Below are positions 37,439 through 46,101 of a stretch of DNA of 53,586 nucleotides, one piece after another; positions within the stretch are counted from its first letter, which is position 1, and each line of letters begins with the position of its first letter. The stretch comes from Acidimicrobiales bacterium. GTDB taxonomy: Bacteria; Actinomycetota; Acidimicrobiia; Acidimicrobiales; RAAP-2. The DNA is taken from NCBI GenBank assembly GCA_043721635.1, contig JAYSQJ010000035.1, forward strand, positions 1-53,586, written 5' to 3'. The notes under the pieces were generated by a model. That model was not told where the DNA came from. It ran no database searches and saw only the letters and a program-made list of their open reading frames with translations. The position numbers and the translations under genes are program-made.

Positions 37439-38971
37439 ATGGGTCGCTTCTACATCACCACCCCGATCTACTACGTCAACGACGCCCCGCACGTCGGCCA
37501 CGCCTACTGCACCGTCAACGCCGACGCGATGGCGAGGTGGCACCGACTCATCGGCGACGAGACGAAGTTCCTGACCGGGACCGACGAGCACGGCCAGAAG
37601 GTGGCCGACGCCGCGGCCAAGAACGACATGTCGGCGCGCGACTGGACGGACCGGTACTCGGCGCGCTTTCGCGAGGCCTGGGACGCCCTCGACATCAGCT
37701 ACGACGACTTCATCCGCACGACCGAGCCCCGCCACTACGAGAGCGTGCAGAAGTTCCTCACCGCGATCTACGACAACGGCTACATCTACAAGGACGTCTA
37801 CAAGGGCCTCTACTGCGTGAGCTGCGAGGACTACTTCACGCCCGAGGCGAGCGTCAACGGCAACTGCCCGATCCACGGCCGGCCGCTCATCGAGATGGAG
37901 GAGGAGAACTGGTTCTTTCGTCTCAGCGCCTTCGAGGACCGGCTCCTGGCGCACTACGGGGACCATCCCGAGTTCGTCACCCCCGAGACCAAGCGCAACG
38001 AGGCCTACTCGTTCATCAAGGGGGGGCTGCGCGACATCTCGATCACGCGAACCTCGATCTCGTGGGGCGTGCCGGTGCCCTGGGATGACCGGCACGTCTT
38101 CTACGTCTGGTACGACGCGTTGATCAACTACCTGACCGCCATCGGCTACGGCCGTGACGACGACGAGGTCGCCCAGTGGTGGCCCTACTCGCACCACCTC
38201 ATCGGCAAGGAGATCATCCGTTTCCACTGCGTGTGGTGGCCGGCGATGTGCATGGCCGCCGGCCTCGAGCCGGTCAGCCACGTCCAGGTCCACGGGTGGC
38301 TGCTCATCGGCGGACAGAAGCTCTCCAAGACCATGGCCGCCGAGGGCGAGCTGCGACTGAGCGACATCGCACCGGTGATGCTGACCAACGAGTTCGGCGT
38401 CGACCCGGTTCGCTACTACCTGCTGCGCGAGACCTCGCTCGGCAACGACGGCGAGTTCTCCCACGAGGGCATCACCCTGCGCTACAACACCGACCTCGCG
38501 AACAATCTCGGCAACCTCGTGGCGCGCGTGACGACGGTGGTCAATTCCAAGTGCGCCGGCGTCGGACCGGCGGCGCGGGTCGACTCGGCGTTGCGCGCCG
38601 AGGCCGAGCGAGCGATTCGCGAGACGGCCGACGGGTGGAACCGCTTCGCGCCCCAGAGCGCCCTCGAGGCGACGTGGGGCCTCATCGGCGCGACGAACGC
38701 CTACCTCGAGGCGACGGCGCCGTGGAAGATGGAGCCGGGCCCCGGGGTGGACGCCGTGCTGGGCAACGCCCTCGAGGCGATCCGGCTGGTGGCGATTCTC
38801 GCGACCCCGGCGATGCCGGGCGTCTGTGAGGAGATCTGGCGGCGCATCGGACTCGCCGGCTCGCCGAGTGCGCGTCCCTTCGACGAGAGTGCCACGTGGG
38901 GTCAGTACCAAGGCGGCACGAAGGTCGAACGGGGCGAGCCACTCTTCCCACGGATCGCGACCGACCAATGA
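37439..38971 (+). CDS. metG: Methionine--tRNA ligase (short form)
   Basis: TTPIYYVND..HVGH, GTDEHGQK, YVWYDAL and KLSKT. Confidence 0.96.
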   Translation: MGRFYITTPIYYVNDAPHVGHAYCTVNADAMARWHRLIGDETKFLTGTDEHGQKVADAAAKNDMSARDWTDRYSARFREAWDALDISYDDFIRTTEPRHYESVQKFLTAIYDNGYIYKDVYKGLYCVSCEDYFTPEASVNGNCPIHGRPLIEMEEENWFFRLSAFEDRLLAHYGDHPEFVTPETKRNEAYSFIKGGLRDISITRTSISWGVPVPWDDRHVFYVWYDALINYLTAIGYGRDDDEVAQWWPYSHHLIGKEIIRFHCVWWPAMCMAAGLEPVSHVQVHGWLLIGGQKLSKTMAAEGELRLSDIAPVMLTNEFGVDPVRYYLLRETSLGNDGEFSHEGITLRYNTDLANNLGNLVARVTTVVNSKCAGVGPAARVDSALRAEAERAIRETADGWNRFAPQSALEATWGLIGATNAYLEATAPWKMEPGPGVDAVLGNALEAIRLVAILATPAMPGVCEEIWRRIGLAGSPSARPFDESATWGQYQGGTKVERGEPLFPRIATDQ

Positions 38972-39762
38972 GCCACTGGACCGACGCCCACTGTCACTTG
39001 CAGGACCAGTTCCTCGCCGAGGACGGTCGGGTGGCTGACGACGTGCGCGAGACCCTCGCGCGAGCCTACGACGGCGGCGTCGACCGGGTCGTGGTGATTG
39101 GCACCGACGAGATGACTTCGCGCGAGGCCCTGGCCCTCACCGCGCTCTCGGGACCGGTCGAGATCTACGCGACCGTCGGGCTACACCCCCACGGGGCGGC
39201 CCGCGACGTGGCCCCGATCGCCGACCTGGCCCGCACCGGCCACGAGAAGCTGGTCGGCATCGGCGAATGCGGGCTTGACTACTTCTACGAGCACTCCGCC
39301 AGAACGGACCAACGTCAATCCTTCGCGACCCAGATCGCCCTCGCCCATGAGCTGGACCTCGCCCTCGTGATCCACGCTCGCGACGCCTTCGACGACCTTT
39401 TTGCGGTATTGAGGAGTGAGGGCGTGCCGGCGCGCACGGTGGTGCACTGCTTCACCGGCGACACCGACGACGCGCTGGCCTGCCTCGAGTTGGGCTGTGA
39501 CATCTCGGTCTCGGGGGTCGTCACCTTCAAGAACGCCGGTTCGCTGCGCGAGGCGGTGCGCGTCGTGCCCCTCGACCGGCTCCACGTCGAGACCGATAGC
39601 CCGTTCCTCGCACCGGTGCCGTACCGCGGCCGGACGAACGAGCCGGCCTACGTCACCGTGGTGGGCGAGTACGTGGCCGAACTGCGCGGCATCGGCTTCA
39701 GGGAGCTGCGCGACGCGACCTACGCCAACACGGCCCGGCTCTTCGCGCTGCCGGCGAAATAA
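38968..39762 (+). CDS. tatD: TatD-family deoxyribonuclease
   Basis: DAHCH, GLHPH, IGECGLDY, IHAR, HCF and ETDSPFLAP. Confidence 0.93.
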   Translation: MSHWTDAHCHLQDQFLAEDGRVADDVRETLARAYDGGVDRVVVIGTDEMTSREALALTALSGPVEIYATVGLHPHGAARDVAPIADLARTGHEKLVGIGECGLDYFYEHSARTDQRQSFATQIALAHELDLALVIHARDAFDDLFAVLRSEGVPARTVVHCFTGDTDDALACLELGCDISVSGVVTFKNAGSLREAVRVVPLDRLHVETDSPFLAPVPYRGRTNEPAYVTVVGEYVAELRGIGFRELRDATYANTARLFALPAK

Positions 39763-39870
39763 ACCGGCTCTGTTCAGGTAGTTTGACGCGACTCGGGGCC
39801 CGAGTTGCCCCCGGGGGGCCCCTTGCCTAGCGTTGGGGGGCGGGGAGTTCGCTAACGACCCGTTGTCCTG

Positions 39871-40890
39871 GTGGAGGGTGGAGTTCTGGGGGCATCAATC
39901 CGACGGGTGCCGTGTCGCCCGTTGTCGTCTTTGACCGTGGTCGCCGCACTGGCGCTCTCACTGGTCTTCACTGCGCCACTCGACGCCGGCGCCGCGACCG
40001 TGCACGCCTCGCGGCACATGCCGCGCCTGATTGGGCTCTCTCGCGCGCAGGTCTACGCGAGCATGAAGTCGGCCCAGTTGTACTTCACGACCCGCGGCCC
40101 GGGCTCGACCACGGGCACGTGGACCGTGGTCGTGGCGCAGCAGCCGGCCCCGGGGACGATGGTCGCCTGGCACTCCCAGGCCAGGCTCACCGTCGCCAAG
40201 GCCTCCGCGCACGCTCCGCGCCGCGTTCCGCGCCTGATCGGCCTGTCGCGGGCCCGAACCTTCGCCGCCATGAAGCGGGCCCAACTGTACTTCCGGACCC
40301 GCGGACCAGGGAGTACGACCGGGAAATGGATCGTCGTCCTGCACCAGTCTCCGGCCCCGAGGACCCGAGTCGCCTGGCACGCCGAAGTGACGCTCACCGT
40401 CTCGACGAAGCGGCCCACGCCCCGCCCGACGGTGAGGCGCACGACGACCACCACGGTCCGGCGCACGACCACGACGACGCTGAAGAAGCCGACGACCACC
40501 TCGACCTCCACTACGACGACGGTCCCCGTCACGACCACGACCTACCCCGGCGAGCCCACGACGACGACGTTGACGCCACCCACGACCACCTCGACGTCCA
40601 CCACCACGACGGTGCGCGTGACGACGACCACCGTGAGGAAGAGGCCCGGGCGCTACCGCATCGGCGTCGCCACGTGGTACTCGTACGTGCCGGGTCACTG
40701 CGCGACGTGGTACCTGCCCTTCGGCACGCGGATCCGGGTCCTGGACCTGAAGACCGGTCACTCGGTCACCTGCATCGTTTCGGACCGCGAGGCGGCCCAC
40801 GGCAACCGGGTGGTCGACCTCTCCGAGACCGAGTTCGCCAAGTTGGCGCCACTGCACGTCGGGGTCATTGCGGTAAAAGTAACCTGGTGA
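39871..40890 (+). CDS. Secreted protein: 2 PASTA domains + Thr-rich linker + RlpA-like DPBB domain
   Basis: Signal peptide; two ~60-aa repeats (PRLIGLS...Q.PAP.T.V...LTV); GVATWY, LPFGT and VVDLS; start uncertain. Confidence 0.78.
   Translation: MEGGVLGASIRRVPCRPLSSLTVVAALALSLVFTAPLDAGAATVHASRHMPRLIGLSRAQVYASMKSAQLYFTTRGPGSTTGTWTVVVAQQPAPGTMVAWHSQARLTVAKASAHAPRRVPRLIGLSRARTFAAMKRAQLYFRTRGPGSTTGKWIVVLHQSPAPRTRVAWHAEVTLTVSTKRPTPRPTVRRTTTTTVRRTTTTTLKKPTTTSTSTTTTVPVTTTTYPGEPTTTTLTPPTTTSTSTTTTVRVTTTTVRKRPGRYRIGVATWYSYVPGHCATWYLPFGTRIRVLDLKTGHSVTCIVSDREAAHGNRVVDLSETEFAKLAPLHVGVIAVKVTW
40018..40404 (+). repeat. Intragenic tandem duplication of a PASTA-like unit
   Basis: Units start at 40018 and 40225 (207 nt apart) with high identity, e.g. 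AQLYF.TRGPGSTTG.W in both. Confidence 0.8.
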
Positions 40891-41702
40891 CCCACACCCG
40901 GACCGAACTCGTCGCGCTGCTCGAAGCCCACGGCCTCCGCCCGTCACGCGCACTGGGCCAGAACTTCGTGGTCGACCCCAACACCGTGCGCCGGATCGCG
41001 CGTCTCGCCGAGATCGGCGCGGGCGACCTCGTGCTCGAGATCGGAGCCGGACTCGGGTCGCTGACCCTGGCGCTGCTCGAGACGGGCGCGGAGGTCCACG
41101 CAATGGAGGTCGACCGCTACCTCCTCGAGCCGTTGCGCTCGGTGGTCGAGACCCGCGGAGCCGTCGTGCACCACGCCGACGCCCTCAACGCCGACTACGA
41201 AGGGATCCTCGCCGGACGCGAGGCGGTCGTCGTCGCGAACCTCCCCTACAACGTGGCGACTCCGCTCGTGCTTCACCTACTCGAGAGTGAGCCGCTGGTG
41301 CGACGGATGCTCGTCATGGTCCAACGCGAGGTGGGCGATCGCTTCGCTGCCCAGGCCGGTGACGAGGCCTACGGCGCCGCGTCCCTGCGGCTGCAGTACT
41401 TCGCCGACGCTCGCGTCGTGGGCAAGGTCGCGCCGACCGTCTTCTTGCCCCGGCCCAACGTCGAGTCCGCGCTGGTCTCGATCGTGCGCCGTGAGCACGT
41501 GCGCATCGACCCTGAACTCGTGAGCGAGGCCGACCTCTTCGAGGTGATCCGCACCTCGTTCGGCCACCGGCGCAAGATGCTGCGCCGCTCGCTCGCCGGC
41601 TGGGTGACCGACGGGGTCTTCGAACGGGCCCAAATCGAAGAGACCCGCCGGCCCGAGGAACTGACCCTCGAGGAGTTCGCGCGACTGGCGGCCGCCCGGT
41701 GA
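40887..41702 (+). CDS. rsmA: 16S rRNA dimethyladenosine transferase
   Basis: LGQNF, EIGAGLGSLT, ANLPYN, MVQREV and RRKML. Confidence 0.95.
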   Translation: MTHTRTELVALLEAHGLRPSRALGQNFVVDPNTVRRIARLAEIGAGDLVLEIGAGLGSLTLALLETGAEVHAMEVDRYLLEPLRSVVETRGAVVHHADALNADYEGILAGREAVVVANLPYNVATPLVLHLLESEPLVRRMLVMVQREVGDRFAAQAGDEAYGAASLRLQYFADARVVGKVAPTVFLPRPNVESALVSIVRREHVRIDPELVSEADLFEVIRTSFGHRRKMLRRSLAGWVTDGVFERAQIEETRRPEELTLEEFARLAAAR

Positions 41703-42475
41703 CCGGTGGGGAGACCGGGGAGTTCGCGGCGCTGCGGGCCCGGGCCAAGATCACCTGGTACCTCGAGGTCACTGGTCGACGCGCCGACGGCTACCACGAG
41801 CTGCGCAGCGAGATGACGACCATCGACCTCTACGACGATGTTCTCGTCGAGGAGGGCGCCGACTACCTCACGGTCGTCAACCCGTTCGCAGTGCCGGTGC
41901 CCGTGGACGACACCAACCTCGTCGTGCGGGCGCTGCGCCTGGTCGGTCGAAGGGCCGGGGTCACGATCGACAAGTCGATCCCGGTCGGCGGGGGACTCGG
42001 CGGTGGCAGCGCCGACGCCGCGGCGATCCTGCGCTGGGCCGGGAGCGTCGAGCCGCACCGGGCCGTGACGCTCGGTGGCGACGTGCCCTTCTGCCAACTC
42101 GGTGGCCGGGCTCTGGTGGAGGGCGTCGGCGAACGCCTCACGCCCCTCGCCTTCGAGCAGCGCTGGGTCACGTTGATCATGCCCGACTTCGGGGTGAGCA
42201 CCGCGGACTGCTACCGCGCCTACGACGAGTTGCGCGACGGCGGCTGGTCGCCGGAGGGCTCGAACCACTTGGAGAGGCCCGCCGGCGTGGTCGAGCCGAG
42301 GCTGAAGTCGACCCTCGAGTGGCTGCGCACCGAGTTCGGCCCCGGCGTGCAGTTGGCCGGATCGGGTTCGACGATGTTCGTGGAGGGACGCCTAGACCAG
42401 CAGCGGAACCACTGGGGCATGACCGGCCCCGAGGGCCCTCTCCAGGTTATTCAGACCACCACGACGCCCGACTAG
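41699..42475 (+). CDS. ispE: 4-diphosphocytidyl-2-C-methyl-D-erythritol kinase
   Basis: AKI, DGYHEL, IPVGGGLGGGSADAAA, GGDVPF and AGSGST. Confidence 0.93.
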   Translation: MTGGETGEFAALRARAKITWYLEVTGRRADGYHELRSEMTTIDLYDDVLVEEGADYLTVVNPFAVPVPVDDTNLVVRALRLVGRRAGVTIDKSIPVGGGLGGGSADAAAILRWAGSVEPHRAVTLGGDVPFCQLGGRALVEGVGERLTPLAFEQRWVTLIMPDFGVSTADCYRAYDELRDGGWSPEGSNHLERPAGVVEPRLKSTLEWLRTEFGPGVQLAGSGSTMFVEGRLDQQRNHWGMTGPEGPLQVIQTTTTPD

Positions 42476-42487
42476 GCGTCGGCGAGA

Positions 42488-42589
42488 CTATTTACCGGCG
42501 GCGCGACGCTGGAAGCGGGTTCGCTTCAGCATCTTCTTGTGCTTCTTCTTACGCATGCGCTTACGGCGCTTCTTGATTAGTGATCCCAT
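42488..42589 (-). CDS. 30S ribosomal protein bS22 (33 aa, not in ORF track)
   Basis: MGSLIKKRRKRMRKKKHKKMLKRTRFQRRAAGK*; matches the actinobacterial bS22 pattern. Confidence 0.92.
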   Translation of the reverse strand: MGSLIKKRRKRMRKKKHKKMLKRTRFQRRAAGK

Positions 42590-42656
42590 GGCTCGTACGA
42601 CCTTACTAGATAATTGAAAGAGGCCTCTGGCGCCCTTTTCGCGGCGTCGCTGAGGA

Positions 42657-42887
42657 CTACTCGACGATGCGCTCGATGTTGAGCGCCTGGCGGGGACATC
42701 CCCGCACGGCGTAGCGGGCCGACTCCAGGGCCCCGAGGTCCGCGAGCGGCGTCGGGGTGGTCACGATGATCGGGTAGCCCCATTCGTCGATATTCACCAG
42801 CTCCGGCGCGAGCTCGTGGCAGTGGCCGAAACCGTCACAGAGGATGGGGTTCACCCGCAAGACGAAACCACCGACCTTGTGCCTCAT
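42657..42887 (-). CDS. Ferredoxin, 3Fe-4S-type motif (76 aa)
   Basis: CDGFGHC...CP motif with DEWGYP; ATG overlaps the stop of the NuoF-like gene (ATGA). Confidence 0.88.
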   Translation of the reverse strand: MRHKVGGFVLRVNPILCDGFGHCHELAPELVNIDEWGYPIIVTTPTPLADLGALESARYAVRGCPRQALNIERIVE

Positions 42888-44161
42888 TCCCACACCATCT
42901 CGTCCTCGGGTTCCAGGGCCGGCATTGGCACCCAGTGCTGGGAGGACCGTGCCCCGGCACACGGCGCTGCTCGCAGGTGGTTGTCGACGTCGTGCTCGAA
43001 GACCCGCAGGGCCGACAGCACCATGCGGGTGACGCCGTCGGGGTGGCGACAGGCCCCGCGGCCCTCGATCACCCCGCAGCGCTGCACGAGTCGCTCGTAG
43101 ACGGCCGGGAGGTCGCGTGCGCCGTGGATCAACTGGCTGAGGTCCTCGGCGATCGCCGGCAGGCCGAAGGCGCACGGCCCGCACTGGCGCGCGCTCTCGT
43201 TGGCCATCCAGCGTGCGATGCGTTGGGTCTCGACGAGGCCGCAGGCACCCTTGGGGACCACGACGAGGATGCCCGCGCCGACCGTCGCGCCGATCGGTCC
43301 GAGGGCCTGGTTGGTGTAGGGGGTGTCGAGGTGATCGCCCGATAGCCAAAGTCCGCCATAGCCGCCCGTGAGGATCGCCTGGGGATCGGGGTCGGCGCCG
43401 CCGGCCGCGAGGATCGAGCGCAACGATGTGCCGAGGGGCACCTCGAGCACCGTGGGACGCCTCACCGCGCCCGAGAGCGACACGAGCGTGCTGCCGGGAC
43501 TCTCCGGGGTGCCCAGACCGCGGAACCAGTCGGCGCCGAAACGCCCGATCAGCCCGACGTTCGCGCAGGTCTCGGCGTTGTCGACGAGGACCGGGCCGTT
43601 GCCGATTCGCATGATGTGGGGCCGTCCGGGACGGTACTGGGGCAGCGACTCGTGGTCGTCGAGCCAGTGGACGAGAGCCGACTCCTCGCCGGCCACGTAG
43701 CGCCACGGCGGGGCGTGCAGCTCGAGCTTGGCTCCGCGCTGGCTTCGCCGGTCCCGTTCGTGGATGGCGCGCTCCACGTGGTGCACGACTGTGGGATTGT
43801 CGCGAGCGACGCAGATCGCGATGTTCTTTGCACCAATGATCGAGGCGAGGAACTCGGCCCCGTCGAGCACCAGGTGGGGGTTGGAGGAGAGCAGCGTCTG
43901 GTCCTTGTGCGCGGCCGGCTCGCCCTCCATGGCGTTCACGACCATGTACTTGTTGTGGCTGCGCTGGCTGCGGATCAGCTCGGCCTTGCGATAGGTCGGG
44001 AAGGCCGCGCCGCCGCGACCGGTCAGCCCCGACGCCTCGAGCTGGTCCATGACCGTGCCCGCGCGCGCCGTCATGGCGAAGGCCTCCTCGTGTTGAGCGA
44101 GGGTGAGGGGCCGGCCGCTGGCTCCGTGCAGGACCCGCGGCAGCGTGTTCGCTGGAATCAC
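42884..44161 (-). CDS. Stand-alone NuoF-like FMN/Fe-S oxidoreductase
   Basis: GLTGRGGAAFPT, NAMEGEP..KD, YVAGEESAL, NAET, QCGPC and ACRHPDG. Confidence 0.88.
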   Translation of the reverse strand: MIPANTLPRVLHGASGRPLTLAQHEEAFAMTARAGTVMDQLEASGLTGRGGAAFPTYRKAELIRSQRSHNKYMVVNAMEGEPAAHKDQTLLSSNPHLVLDGAEFLASIIGAKNIAICVARDNPTVVHHVERAIHERDRRSQRGAKLELHAPPWRYVAGEESALVHWLDDHESLPQYRPGRPHIMRIGNGPVLVDNAETCANVGLIGRFGADWFRGLGTPESPGSTLVSLSGAVRRPTVLEVPLGTSLRSILAAGGADPDPQAILTGGYGGLWLSGDHLDTPYTNQALGPIGATVGAGILVVVPKGACGLVETQRIARWMANESARQCGPCAFGLPAIAEDLSQLIHGARDLPAVYERLVQRCGVIEGRGACRHPDGVTRMVLSALRVFEHDVDNHLRAAPCAGARSSQHWVPMPALEPEDEMVWE

Positions 44162-44850
44162 CGACGTCCCCGCTTCGGGTCGTCACGCGGGACCGTGGGG
44201 AAGGGGCGCGCGCCCTGCGGGGCGACGACCGGCGGCGTGTCCACCCTGGACCGGACCGGGACCGGCCCGTGATCGATTGGCGCGAGGGGCGAGAGCGCGG
44301 TGCGTCCGGCCGCGCGCGCCGGGCGTCCGAGATAGCGCCACAACGCGGCGCCGACGACGACGCCAGCGCAGACGACCACGGCGACGAGGCCGAAGGTGCG
44401 CCGGCTGTCGGTGCCCGTCATGAGGGTGTGCACTGCGGCCGCGGCGAAGGCCAGCCAGCTGAACCAGTGAATGAAGCGCCACGTCGAGTTGCGGATGCGC
44501 ACCTTCAAGAGGCTTGAGATCCACACCGCGAGGACGAGGTCGAAGGCGACCGAGCCGAGACCCACGGCGAGGCGCTTGTAGCTCGAGGTCATCGGCAGGA
44601 AGATCGAGATCCACCCGGTCGGGACGTAGCTGTCGATGACCGTGCTGGTGATGTGGATCGCGAGGAAGACCACGGCGATGATCGAGACCGACCGGTGCAG
44701 TTCGTTGAGTTCGAAGCGCCCTACGAGGGTGCCGCCGACCCGGTTGGCGACGAAAGTGCCGAGCGCTACGACGAGGGTGAGCAGGATCAGCGCGACGAAG
44801 CCGGTCGCCCGGGTGGTGTACCACAGATACGGTGAAGTGAGGGCAATCAC
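44158..44850 (-). CDS. Ferric-reductase-like (MsrQ-like) di-heme membrane protein
   Basis: LWYTTRATG; two His pairs (ELHR..AIHI and FIHW..AVHT) in TM helices; GTGA overlap with apbE. Confidence 0.85.
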   Translation of the reverse strand: MIALTSPYLWYTTRATGFVALILLTLVVALGTFVANRVGGTLVGRFELNELHRSVSIIAVVFLAIHITSTVIDSYVPTGWISIFLPMTSSYKRLAVGLGSVAFDLVLAVWISSLLKVRIRNSTWRFIHWFSWLAFAAAAVHTLMTGTDSRRTFGLVAVVVCAGVVVGAALWRYLGRPARAAGRTALSPLAPIDHGPVPVRSRVDTPPVVAPQGARPFPTVPRDDPKRGRR

Positions 44851-45749
44851 GGAGAGGTGTCTCCTTCTGGGGGCCATCCGCCTACGAACTCCACCGTACC
44901 GTCGGTTCGCACGAGGCGCGCCGACCAGCCCGCCTGGGCGATGAAATAGCCGGCATCCTCGTCCCACAAGAGGGCGGCCGTGGCGAAGGCGTTGGCGAGG
45001 ACGCAGTTGGCGGCCGAGACCGAGGCGGTGGCGTAGAACGACTGCGCGAACGAGCCGGTGCGCGGGTCGATGATGTGGTTGACGACGGTGTCGCCGACGC
45101 GCCAGGTGCGCGTGGTCGTCGACGACGTGGCGATGCCCCCGTGCTCGATGCTGATCCGTGGCTCGCGGCCCGTGATGACGAGCGACTCACTCACTCCAAT
45201 CACCCAGGGGCCACCGGCCCCGTGGCCGCGCACGGCCACGTCGCCGCCGAGCTCGACGACGACCCCGCCGAAGGGCGCCACGTCGTCGGCAACGAGGTCG
45301 ACGACGAGCGCCTTGGCACTGGCGCCCAGGTCCAACTGGCAGCCGGGCGCCAGCGTCACGGTGTGGTGCCCGCGGTCGAGATCGATCGCCCCGAGCCCCG
45401 GGGCCGGGACCGGCCGCCGGGTGACGGTGTCGCGTCGCCGGGCCAGCTCGTCGTAGTCACGGTCGTAGCCGAGGGCGAGCAGGGCCGGCAGGACCGTGGG
45501 GTCGCACAATCCGTCGGTCGCCTCACCGGCGCGAAGGGCGGCGTCCAGCGCCAGTTCGAGGGTCTCGCTGATGGCGACGCTCTCGCCGTGGTGTCCGTTG
45601 AGCCGTGAGATCTCCGAGTCGGACCGGAAGCGGTTGCACGAGGCGTCGAAGGCGTTGAGCCAGTGCCAGAGTCGTTCCTCGGCGAAGCGCATCTGGCTGT
45701 CGTGCTCGGTGGCAATCGAGCCGGTCAGGCCCCAAATCTCGAAGTTCAT
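44847..45749 (-). CDS. apbE: FAD:protein FMN transferase (ApbE family)
   Basis: NRFRSDSEISRLN, TDGLCDPTV, LDLGASAKA, LGGDV, ATSS and HIIDPRTG; no signal peptide from ATG 45749. Confidence 0.9.
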   Translation of the reverse strand: MNFEIWGLTGSIATEHDSQMRFAEERLWHWLNAFDASCNRFRSDSEISRLNGHHGESVAISETLELALDAALRAGEATDGLCDPTVLPALLALGYDRDYDELARRRDTVTRRPVPAPGLGAIDLDRGHHTVTLAPGCQLDLGASAKALVVDLVADDVAPFGGVVVELGGDVAVRGHGAGGPWVIGVSESLVITGREPRISIEHGGIATSSTTTRTWRVGDTVVNHIIDPRTGSFAQSFYATASVSAANCVLANAFATAALLWDEDAGYFIAQAGWSARLVRTDGTVEFVGGWPPEGDTSP

Positions 45750-45768
45750 GGCGTACCAGTCACTGTAA

Positions 45769-46080
45769 TTAGTAACAGGTGACGTGGCCTGAAGGCGTGC
45801 TGTAGCAGATGGTCGTGGTCGTGACCGGCGCGACGACCGGCGCCCTGTACGCGGTGGTCGGCGTCGGGTGGCCGGGGGCGGTGGTGGTGGGCGTCGCCGC
45901 GGGCACGGTGGTCGTGGGCAAGGTGACGGGCACGGTGACGGGGGGCTTGGCCGCACTCGCCACATAGCCGACCAGCACGGCGGACGCCACGCCGGAGCCG
46001 ACGAAGATTATCTGGGTAAGTCGTCGGATTCGCGCGAAGCGGCGATCGCGCTGTTGGGGGGTGCGGTGCGAGGGGGTCAT
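45769..46080 (-). CDS. Small membrane-anchored/secreted protein with Thr/Pro stalk and C-terminal two-Cys motif
   Basis: AAAGGA RBS; Arg-rich N-terminus, hydrophobic helix, PVTVPVTLPTTT stalk and CYSTPSGHVTCY end. Confidence 0.75.
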   Translation of the reverse strand: MTPSHRTPQQRDRRFARIRRLTQIIFVGSGVASAVLVGYVASAAKPPVTVPVTLPTTTVPAATPTTTAPGHPTPTTAYRAPVVAPVTTTTICYSTPSGHVTCY

Positions 46081-46101
46081 GTGGTGATTCCTTTCCCCCA
46101 A

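Noticed and set aside
40405-40640. ACC/ACG-rich repeats resembling a tandem array
   Set aside because: They encode the Thr-rich linker; there is no repeat-spacer structure and no cas genes
39912-41702. 596-aa extended RsmA; likewise upstream extensions of nnr, pstB, prs, GDPD and the permease in the ORF track
   Set aside because: The extensions overlap neighbouring real genes or promoters and are low-complexity; coupled or RBS-supported internal starts fit better
42657-44186. 509-aa ORF suggesting a large ferredoxin fusion
   Set aside because: Only the last 76 aa are protein-like; the rest is Arg/Pro-rich off-frame overlap of the NuoF-like gene, and an ATGA-coupled start exists at 42887
45749-45965. 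Programmed +1 frameshift fusing the stalk protein to ApbE (the ApbE frame is open upstream)
   Set aside because: No slippery site at TAC-TAA, and the stalk protein has a coherent C-terminus. A single-base sequencing error cannot be excluded without reads
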